27,673 nucleotides of DNA, taken from positions 1-27,673 of the forward strand of contig JBDKUT010000124.1 in assembly GCA_039679545.1 (NCBI GenBank), written 5' to 3'. Under the pieces are notes generated by a model, which saw nothing but the letters and a program-made list of their open reading frames with translations, was not told the origin of the DNA and searched no databases. This DNA comes from Thermotogota bacterium. GTDB taxonomy: Bacteria > Bipolaricaulota > Bipolaricaulia > UBA7950 > UBA9294. This document shows positions 18,175 through 25,315 of this stretch, one piece after another. Both the position numbers and the translations under genes were made by a program. Position 1 is the first letter of the stretch. Each line of letters begins with the position of its first letter.

Positions 18175-19887
18175 CTAGATCCCTGCGACGGGAAGCAGCT
18201 CGCCCATCCGGATCCAGCGCGTCGCTACGTTGCTGAAGATCGGGCCCGCGGTCGATCCTCCGCCGACCGGTCCTGTGCCGACTTCGTCGAGAACGACCAG
18301 GATGACGTAGGCGGGGTCCTCCGCGGGGAGGATGCCGCCGAACAGGGACGTGTACACTCCGGAGTCGTACCCCTTGCCGGCGACGGCCTTCTGGGCGGTT
18401 CCCGTCTTGCCGGCGACGGTGAAGCCCTCAACGGCGGCGTGGATCCCTGTTCCGCTCTTGACGACGCCGACCATCAGATCTTTCATGGTCGCGCACGTCT
18501 TGGCCGATAGAACGGCCGGCGGTGTGGACGTCCTCTTCTTGCGCCCTGACTCCTGATCCGGCTGGATCACGTGCGGGGAGACGAGGACACCCCCGTTCGC
18601 CACGATGGCAAGGCCGCGGGCCAGTTGGATGGCGGTCACGGCGATCGATTGACCGTACGAGGTCGAAGCGAGATCGAGGTCGGTCCACTTCTTCGCATCA
18701 CGCAGGATCCCCTTCGCCTCGCCGGGGAGGTCCACGCCGGTTGGCGCCCCGAACCCCAACTCGACCAGGGTCTTGTAGAGGCGATCCTTGCCGAGGTCGA
18801 GGGCAACGCGAACCATCGCGGTGTTGACCGAGTCCGCGATCACCCGAGCGAACGTGACGGTCCCGTACGACCAGTTGTCGGCGTTGTGGACCGTGTGCCC
18901 GCCGACCTGGATGCCGTCGTTTCCGTTGAATTTGTCACCCGGCGCGACGGTGCCGGCCTCGAGCGCGGCCAGTCCGGCGAACACCTTGAACACCGACCCC
19001 GGCTCGAACATGAAGTTGACCGCAAGGTTGCGGCGTTGCGCGGGCGTCGACGCCGAGAACTGATTGAGGTTGTAGGTCTTGTCCTGCGCCATCGCCAGGA
19101 TCTCCCCCGTCTTGGGGTCGAGCACGACGATCATCCCCGCGTGGGCCTGAAGACGCGCGACGCCGCTCTGGATCTCGTCCTCGCAGACGAACTGGAGGCC
19201 GGCGCTGATCGTGAGGTGCAGGTCGCGGCCCGGCTTCCCCTCCTCAATTACGTCGGAGGAGTATGTGCGGCCGTCCGCGCCGGCGACGATCCGCATGCGG
19301 GTCGGCGTCCCGCGCAGATCCTCGTCGTGAGTCAGCTCGAGACCTTCCAGTCCTTCGCCGTCGGCGCCGACGAATCCGATGAGGTTCGAGGCGAGGCGCC
19401 CCTGGGGGTAGAACCGTTTCCAAGCGTCGAGGAAGATCAGCCCGTAGGCGCCTGCGTCGTCGGCCTCGGTCTTGATGCGCCGCGCGGTCTCCAGGTCGAC
19501 TTGTCGATCGATCCACGTGAAGTAGCTGGCGCGGTAGACGCGATTGGAGACCTCGGTGGCCGACATCTGAAGCTCCTTGCTCAAGATCTCCACCAGCTTC
19601 GCCGGGCGGGTCATGTTGTAGCTGTCGATTGCGATGGCCATGGCCTTGACGTCGAAAGCGAGGACCGTTCCGTCGCGGTCGTAGATGGCGCCTCGGCGCG
19701 GCCAAACGTCGACGGTCTTCTCTTGCATCGCCGCCGCGGCCCGCGACCAGCTGCCGTGTTCGATGACCTGGAGCTGGATCAGGCGGAGGCCGATGACGGC
19801 GCATCCAACCATCAGGAAGCCCGCGAGGATGCGCCCGCGGCGCCAGGTCCCTCCGTCACTCGTCGTTGCTCGGCGGGACGCGTACAT
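18175..19887 (-). CDS. ftsI: Class B penicillin-binding protein (FtsI/SpoVD-like transpeptidase)
   Basis: RGAIYDRDG, RFYPQG, GLEGLE, FEPGSVFK (SxxK), SVN (SxN), AGKTGTAQK; lies downstream of rsmH-ftsL. Confidence 0.9.
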   Translation of the reverse strand: MYASRRATTSDGGTWRRGRILAGFLMVGCAVIGLRLIQLQVIEHGSWSRAAAAMQEKTVDVWPRRGAIYDRDGTVLAFDVKAMAIAIDSYNMTRPAKLVEILSKELQMSATEVSNRVYRASYFTWIDRQVDLETARRIKTEADDAGAYGLIFLDAWKRFYPQGRLASNLIGFVGADGEGLEGLELTHDEDLRGTPTRMRIVAGADGRTYSSDVIEEGKPGRDLHLTISAGLQFVCEDEIQSGVARLQAHAGMIVVLDPKTGEILAMAQDKTYNLNQFSASTPAQRRNLAVNFMFEPGSVFKVFAGLAALEAGTVAPGDKFNGNDGIQVGGHTVHNADNWSYGTVTFARVIADSVNTAMVRVALDLGKDRLYKTLVELGFGAPTGVDLPGEAKGILRDAKKWTDLDLASTSYGQSIAVTAIQLARGLAIVANGGVLVSPHVIQPDQESGRKKRTSTPPAVLSAKTCATMKDLMVGVVKSGTGIHAAVEGFTVAGKTGTAQKAVAGKGYDSGVYTSLFGGILPAEDPAYVILVVLDEVGTGPVGGGSTAGPIFSNVATRWIRMGELLPVAGI

Positions 19888-20404
19888 AGCGTGTGGTGGC
19901 CGGCTGGATCATGCCCAGGTGTTCCGTGGCGTACTGCGAAATCCTCGGAAGCGAGAAGGCTTGTGCAATCTCGAGCCGCAGGGTGTGGTTGATCTCCTCC
20001 AGCTCGGTCAGGTTTCCTTGGAGTGCCTCTCGGTCTGCCGTCAGCGCCCGAAGCATCGTGCCCTGATGGATATATAGGAAGGAAAGCCCGCCTACGAGGA
20101 GGGCCGCTCCGAGCGCAATGGCCATATCGACGGGGATCGGAAGGCGAAGATCCTTCAGGCTGAGCTTCCTCCGTATCTTCGTCCTCGGGTCTCTTGCGGG
20201 AGCCCACGTCGTCCCGCGCCGTCGCCGAAAGGTCGGGAGGCGCAGCCCCTTGAGTTGGAACCCTCCGCGCCTCACCGGCGCGGCGCCTTCCGACGGGAGC
20301 CAAGTTGTCGTTCGGCGCAAGTGGAGCCGCATTCGACTGCGGCTCGTTCGCTTCACAGGCGCAAACGTCTGCAAAGGAGTCCACGTCCTTCGTCGGCGCG
20401 ACAT
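19856..20404 (-). CDS. ftsL: FtsL-like cell division protein with long basic N-terminal extension
   Basis: Lies between rsmH and ftsI; single TM (MAIALGAALLVGGLSFLYI), leucine zipper, SLPRISQYATEHLGMIQP C-terminal motif. Start codon uncertain. Confidence 0.7.
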   Translation of the reverse strand: MSRRRRTWTPLQTFAPVKRTSRSRMRLHLRRTTTWLPSEGAAPVRRGGFQLKGLRLPTFRRRRGTTWAPARDPRTKIRRKLSLKDLRLPIPVDMAIALGAALLVGGLSFLYIHQGTMLRALTADREALQGNLTELEEINHTLRLEIAQAFSLPRISQYATEHLGMIQPATTRYVRVPPSNDE

Positions 20405-20457
20405 GTCGCTCACGAGGATACGGCCGGGAGACTCCCGCCGCGTGGACACGTGTCGTG

Positions 20458-21417
20458 CTAGCGGCCGAACTCGACGACCTTGCGGCACGCTCGGAGCTTC
20501 GCGCTTCGAGCGCGGGGGTTGACCGTCACCTCGTCCTCGGTCGGGACGATGGGCTTCGGCGTCAGAATCTCCGCTTCCACCCGCTTGCCGCACGTGCAGA
20601 TGGGAAGCTCGGGCGGACACACGCACGCCGTAGCAAGGCCGCGGAAGTAGGTCTTCACGATCCGATCTTCCAGCGAGTGGAAGCTGATGACGGCAAGCGT
20701 GCCGCCTTTGGCAAGCCGTGCGAATCCGCGCCGCAAACCGAGGGAGAGCTGTGTCAGCTCTTCGTTGAGGGCGATTCGGATGGCCTGAAACGTCCGAGTT
20801 GCTGGGTCAATCCGCTGGGCGAAGTAGGCGCGGGGGACGGCCCGATGGACGACGTCACGGAGCTGAGCGGTCGTCTCGACCGGACGATCGATCCTCTCGC
20901 GTGCGATGGCCCGCGCAATGACCCGCGCGTACCGTTCCTCGCCGTACTCCCGCAGGACGCGCTCAAGTTCCTCCAGAGAAACGAGTGTGAGCCACTCGGC
21001 CGCGGTGACGCCGCGCGATCGATCCATCCGCATGTCGAGGGGGCCGTCGACGCGGAAGCTGAACCCGCGGGCCTGGTCGTCGAGTTGGAGGGACGAAACG
21101 CCGAGGTCGAGGAGCACGCCATCGATGGCTTCGACATCGAGCTGATCGAGGAGTCGATCGAGGTCCCCGTACGCGCCGTGGACGAGGATGACGCGCTCCC
21201 CGAACCGGCCGAGCCTGACCCGAGCATGCTGGAGGGCCGCCTCGTCCCGGTCGATGCCCACGACGCGGACTCCGGGCTCCGCTTCCAGAAGCGCCTCGGC
21301 GTGCCCGCCCAGGCCGACCGTACCGTCGACGAGGAGATTCCCGGGGCACGGATGGAGGAGCCGGACGACGTCGCGCGTGAGAACCGGACTGTGCAGGCGC
21401 TGCTCGCTTCCGGTCAT
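20458..21417 (-). CDS. rsmH: 16S rRNA m4C1402 methyltransferase RsmH (MraW)
   Basis: HSPVL, VDGTVGLGGH, DLGVSSLQLD, RGFSF, PLDMRMD, FQAIRIALN, ISFHSLEDRIVK, NPRARSAKLR. Confidence 0.97.
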   Translation of the reverse strand: MTGSEQRLHSPVLTRDVVRLLHPCPGNLLVDGTVGLGGHAEALLEAEPGVRVVGIDRDEAALQHARVRLGRFGERVILVHGAYGDLDRLLDQLDVEAIDGVLLDLGVSSLQLDDQARGFSFRVDGPLDMRMDRSRGVTAAEWLTLVSLEELERVLREYGEERYARVIARAIARERIDRPVETTAQLRDVVHRAVPRAYFAQRIDPATRTFQAIRIALNEELTQLSLGLRRGFARLAKGGTLAVISFHSLEDRIVKTYFRGLATACVCPPELPICTCGKRVEAEILTPKPIVPTEDEVTVNPRARSAKLRACRKVVEFGR

Positions 21418-23978
21418 TCGGCGCCCCGCTCGGCGGCGTGCCGCTCGCCCGCCTGCCGCTTCAGATCAGCGAGCCGCTGGAGCGCTTCGAGCGGCGTCAT
21501 GCGGTCGGTATCGATTTTCCGGAGCGCTCGAAGGATGGGGTCGTCTTCCGTCCCGAACAAGGGGAGAGGCTCAGCGGGCGGCTCCTTCCGGGCCAGTCGA
21601 GTGAGCGGCGCCTCGGAGAGCAGGTCGGCGAGGATGCGGTCTGCAGCGTCCGTGACGTGGGCTGGGAGGCCGGCAAGTCGGGCGACGTGGACACCGTAGC
21701 TTCCCTCCGCGGTCCCGGGCTCGACGCGGTGCAGTAACCCGACGTCCTTGCCGACTTCCTTTACGAGAACGTGGAGGTTGACGACGTTCGGGATCTCCTC
21801 GGCGAGTCGCGTCAGCTCCTGGTAGTGCGTGGCGAACAGCGTCTTGGCGCGGACTCGGCGCGCCAACTCTTCGGCGACGGCCCAGGCGATCGAGACGCCG
21901 TCGAACGTGCTCGTTCCCCGTCCCATCTCGTCCAGGATGATCAGGCTGTGGGATGTCGCGCGTTCGAGGATCGCGGCGACCTCGAGCATCTCCATCATGA
22001 ACGTGCTGATCCCCGAGGAGAGCATGTCGCTCGCCCCGACGCGGGCGAACACCCGGTCGACGATCGGGAGGACGGCACTCTTGGCCGGGACGAACGAGCC
22101 GATCTGCGCCATCAACGATGCGAGGGCGGCCTGGCGAAGGAACACCGACTTCCCCGCCATGTTGGGTCCCGTCAAGATGACGAGGTCGCGGCCCTCGGGG
22201 AGATCGAGGTCGTTCGGGACGAACTCCTCAATCCGCTCGACGACCGGATGCCGGCCAGCGTGGATCTCAACGGCGTGGCGATCGTGGAACGTCGGGCGAA
22301 CGTACTGGTACCGGTGCGCGATGTCCGCGAGGGAGAGGAGGACGTCGAGTTCGCCGAGCGCGTCGGCTGACTCCTGGAGCTGTGGGATCGCGCCGCGAAG
22401 CACGCCCACGGCCTGATCGTAGATCTCGGCCTCGAGCGCCTGGGCCCGCTCCTCCGCGCGAGCGATTCGGCCTTCGATCCCACGCAGCTCGTCCGTGACG
22501 AAGCGCTCGGCGTTCGCCAGGGTCTGGCGCCGGACGTACTCCGGCGGCACCTTGTCGAGGTGAGTGCGGGTGACTTCAAGATAGTAGCCGAAAACCCGGT
22601 TGTACCCCACCTTCAGGGAGGGGATCCCGGTGCGCTCGCGCTCGGTTCCCTCGAGATGGGTCAGGCGCTCGCGCATCGCCTTTGACTCTTCGCGTACGAG
22701 GTCGAGGTCGGACGAGTACCCGGGGCGGATGCACCCTCCGTCGCGGACGTCGACGGGCGGCTGATCAACGAGCATTCCGGCGAATTGCGCGCGAAGCAGC
22801 TCGAGTTCCGGCGACCCCAACTTGCCGCGGATCGAGGCCAGCATCCCCGACGTGGATTGCTGAAGTGACTCCTCGGAAAGAATCTGCCCGATGCGTGGGA
22901 TGGCCTCGAGAGACCGCAGGAGGAGCAGGAGATCCTGGGGGCGGAGTCGTCCGCTCCCCAGCTTCCCGATCAGCCGCTCGAGGTCATGAATCCGGATCAC
23001 CGACTCTCTCAGCTCGTCACGGACAAGCGCTCCGCTTGTGAGCGCCTCCACTGCGTCCAATCGCGCCTCAATCGTCGCCCGATCCGTGAGCGGTGCGAGA
23101 ATCAAGCGTCGCAGGCGGCGCCTTCCCATCCCCGTCACCGTGCGGTCGAGCACGTGAAGGAGCGTGCCCTTTTCCTGGCCCTCCCGTGCTGGGCGAACGA
23201 GCTCCAGGCTGCTGATGGTGAAAGGATCCAGGTCCATGTGGTCGGCGATCCGGTAGGGGCGGACTGGGCGTAGGTGGGACGGGGACGACTGCTGCGTCTG
23301 CTCGACGTAGGCGGTGACGGCGGCCGCTGCTTGAAGCGCGAGCTCGTCGACCCCTTGGTCCTCGGCGCGAACCGTCCGAACCGCGAACGTTGCCTCAGGA
23401 ACCCGCGTCACGAGCCGGCCATCGAGCAGAGCGGCGACCGGCGTCAGATCGTCGGCCTCGGAGACGAGGACTTCGCTTGGGTCGCGCCGCTCGATCTCCC
23501 CGCGCAGGGATGGCGTCCCGTCGGCCACGGTACAGGAGAACTCGCCCGTCGAGAGGTCGAGAAACGCCAGCCCGAAGCCCCCGTGTCCCGTCGGACGGAG
23601 CGCCGCGAGGTAGTTGTTCACCCCGGCGTCGAGGACGGCGTCGTCGAGCGCGGTTCCCGGCGTCACGACGCGAACCACGTCGCGCTTTACGAGGCCCTTC
23701 GCGGTCTTGGGGTCCTCCATCTGTCGGCACACGGCGACTTTGTATCCCCGCCGCAAGAGCTGGTTCACGTACGCCTCGCCCCGGCGAATGGGCACCCCGG
23801 CCATCGGGTGCCCATTTCGGGACGTGAGCACGATGTCGAGTTCACGGGCGAGGATTTCGGCGTCGTCGAAGAACGCCTCGTAGAAGTCGCCGAGGTGGAA
23901 GAAGAGGATGGCGTCCGGGTGCTCCGCCTTGAATCGCAGGTACTGCTTCATCATCGGGGACTCGGTGGACTTCGGCAT
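21414..23978 (-). CDS. mutS: DNA mismatch repair protein MutS (MutS1)
   Basis: SPMMKQY, GDFYEAFFDDA, VTPGT, Walker A TGPNMAGKS, STFMMEM, DEMGRGTSTFDG, FATHY, SYGVHVA. Confidence 0.97.
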   Translation of the reverse strand: MPKSTESPMMKQYLRFKAEHPDAILFFHLGDFYEAFFDDAEILARELDIVLTSRNGHPMAGVPIRRGEAYVNQLLRRGYKVAVCRQMEDPKTAKGLVKRDVVRVVTPGTALDDAVLDAGVNNYLAALRPTGHGGFGLAFLDLSTGEFSCTVADGTPSLRGEIERRDPSEVLVSEADDLTPVAALLDGRLVTRVPEATFAVRTVRAEDQGVDELALQAAAAVTAYVEQTQQSSPSHLRPVRPYRIADHMDLDPFTISSLELVRPAREGQEKGTLLHVLDRTVTGMGRRRLRRLILAPLTDRATIEARLDAVEALTSGALVRDELRESVIRIHDLERLIGKLGSGRLRPQDLLLLLRSLEAIPRIGQILSEESLQQSTSGMLASIRGKLGSPELELLRAQFAGMLVDQPPVDVRDGGCIRPGYSSDLDLVREESKAMRERLTHLEGTERERTGIPSLKVGYNRVFGYYLEVTRTHLDKVPPEYVRRQTLANAERFVTDELRGIEGRIARAEERAQALEAEIYDQAVGVLRGAIPQLQESADALGELDVLLSLADIAHRYQYVRPTFHDRHAVEIHAGRHPVVERIEEFVPNDLDLPEGRDLVILTGPNMAGKSVFLRQAALASLMAQIGSFVPAKSAVLPIVDRVFARVGASDMLSSGISTFMMEMLEVAAILERATSHSLIILDEMGRGTSTFDGVSIAWAVAEELARRVRAKTLFATHYQELTRLAEEIPNVVNLHVLVKEVGKDVGLLHRVEPGTAEGSYGVHVARLAGLPAHVTDAADRILADLLSEAPLTRLARKEPPAEPLPLFGTEDDPILRALRKIDTDRMTPLEALQRLADLKRQAGERHAAERGAE

Positions 23979-24110
23979 GGCGGATCAGTATACGAGGCGC
24001 GTTGAGAGGCACCCAAGCGGCCGCCGGAGATCGTGCAGAGCAGAAGGGGACACAATTGTGGAGCGCCTGACACGTGGGAGGGCCTGTGGCTGTTGAGGTT
24101 CGCGCGTTTC

Positions 24111-24139
24111 TTGACATTCGAACATACCGTAGATATAGT
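24111..24139 (+). promoter_or_regulatory. sigma70-type promoter driving the riboswitch leader
   Basis: TTGACA (24111-24116), 17-bp spacer, TATAGT (24134-24139). Confidence 0.85.
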
Positions 24140-24157
24140 GGTCGCAATTAGGTCAAC

Positions 24158-24249
24158 ATCCTGAAAAGGGCAAACCTACCGTAAGGTAGGGACGCAAAGC
24201 CGCGGGCCTCAAAGGGAAGAGGATCCGATGAGGCGGCCGGGTTACCAGG
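24158..24249 (+). promoter_or_regulatory. c-di-GMP-I (GEMM) riboswitch aptamer 1
   Basis: AAAAGGGCAAAC, P2 CCTACC-GTAA-GGTAGG, GACGCAAAGCC, P3, GGGTTACC; P1 CCTG/CAGG. Closely matches the V. cholerae Vc2 layout with G at the G20-equivalent position. Confidence 0.93.
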
Positions 24250-24275
24250 CAAACTGGGACCCGGCTTTTGTCTTT
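24236..24275 (+). terminator. Riboswitch expression-platform terminator
   Basis: GCCGGGTTACCAG (24236-24248) pairs with CTGGGACCCGGC (24254-24265), followed by TTTTGTCTTT; its 5' arm is the aptamer's 3' strand. Confidence 0.8.
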
Positions 24276-24305
24276 CGGGCGGGGATCAGGAAGGGGAGAC
24301 CGAAG

Positions 24306-24641
24306 ATGCAGACGACGATCTACTACAGCGACGAAGATGCCTACCTGCTCAAGCAGGTGGACGCCAAGGGACGGCGCGAGCGGAAGAGCCGGAGTGCTGT
24401 CATTCTCTCGGTGCTCGAGCAGTACTTCGAGGCCGAGAAGAAGCTCGGCGAGATCCTCATCGACCTCGGGGTCGTGACCCACGCCGACTTGGCAAAGGGC
24501 CTTGAGCTGCAGCAGACGAGATTCACTGACAAGCTTCTCGGGGATATACTGCTCGACGAAGAGATTGTGACCCCGGAAGCCGTTGAGCGTGCGCTGTTGA
24601 TCCAGGGGCGCGGTCGTCAGGCCGATGCCCCCGAGTCGTAG
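24306..24641 (+). CDS. Ribbon-helix-helix DNA-binding domain fused to an MshEN c-di-GMP-binding domain (111 aa)
   Basis: SD AGGAAGGGGAG; N-terminal QTTIYYSDED...SRSAVILSVLEQYF (CopG/Arc-like RHH pattern); two 24-aa MshEN-type motifs KLGEILIDLGVVTHADLAKGLELQ and LLGDILLDEEIVTPEAVERALLIQ. Confidence 0.8.
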   Translation: MQTTIYYSDEDAYLLKQVDAKGRRERKSRSAVILSVLEQYFEAEKKLGEILIDLGVVTHADLAKGLELQQTRFTDKLLGDILLDEEIVTPEAVERALLIQGRGRQADAPES

Positions 24642-24654
24642 CGCTCGGGAACAG

Positions 24655-24730
24655 GGCTGAAAAGGGCAAACTGCCCGCGAGGGCAGGACGCAAAGCCACA
24701 GACCTCACGCAGGGCGCTGGGCTGCCGGCC
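24655..24730 (+). promoter_or_regulatory. c-di-GMP-I (GEMM) riboswitch aptamer 2
   Basis: GGCTGAAAAGGGCAAA, P2 CTGCCC-GCGA-GGGCAG, GACGCAAAGCC, short P3, GGGCTGCC; P1 GGCTG/CGGCC. Confidence 0.88.
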
Positions 24731-24856
24731 TCAGAGACAAAGGAGAGGCTGAACGTGGGCAGACAGCGACCTATCAGATCGAGATCCCCCAGAGTGTCAT
24801 CCTGTTGTTGTTCAGCCCCTTCCACTCACGAGCATGCGGTATCGAGGAGGGCGGGA

Positions 24857-25237
24857 ATGAGAGCCAAGACGAGTCTCATCCTGTTGTTGGCGGTCTTCGC
24901 AGTGACTCTTGCAACGGTTGGGCGAGACGGCGCGCAGGTCTTCAATGTGCTCCTGTCCGATGAGGACAGCGGGTACTTGAGCAGCTGTACCGAAGTAAGG
25001 ATCTACAGTATCGATCCGACCCTCGGCACCCGACTGAGCGAGGTGCCCGTGGTGACGCTTTCCTATCCGGCGGCCCCCATCGAGCTCACGCTCGATCCCG
25101 GGCGGTACGAGATCGCGGTCTGGATGTTCTACCTCCCATTCGAGGTCCCGTACATGCAGTTCGACGTCGCCGAAGACGGAGTGAACGTCGTGGATGTGAT
25201 GACGGTCGAGCTCCCCGAAGAGCTCGAGGTGTACTAG
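24857..25237 (+). CDS. Small secreted hypothetical protein, probable beta-sandwich
   Basis: SD GAGGAGG; signal peptide MRAKTSLILLLAVFAVTLATVG; beta-rich, LTLDPGRYEI motif seen in prealbumin-like folds. Confidence 0.7.
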   Translation: MRAKTSLILLLAVFAVTLATVGRDGAQVFNVLLSDEDSGYLSSCTEVRIYSIDPTLGTRLSEVPVVTLSYPAAPIELTLDPGRYEIAVWMFYLPFEVPYMQFDVAEDGVNVVDVMTVELPEELEVY

Positions 25238-25315
25238 AAGAGCCGATGCGCACCCGTGCGAGCCAGGGAGCAGGCACAGGAGCACAGCGGAGCACGAAGC
25301 CGACGGAGGTGAGCA

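Noticed and set aside
24228..24305. Longer start for the RHH-MshEN ORF given in the track
   Set aside because: It lies inside the riboswitch and terminator; ATG 24306 has an SD and begins exactly at the RHH strand.
24158..24730. Aptamers as 3',3'-cGAMP-specific (GEMM-Ib) variants
   Set aside because: Both have G, not A, at the G20-equivalent position (AGGGCAAAC).
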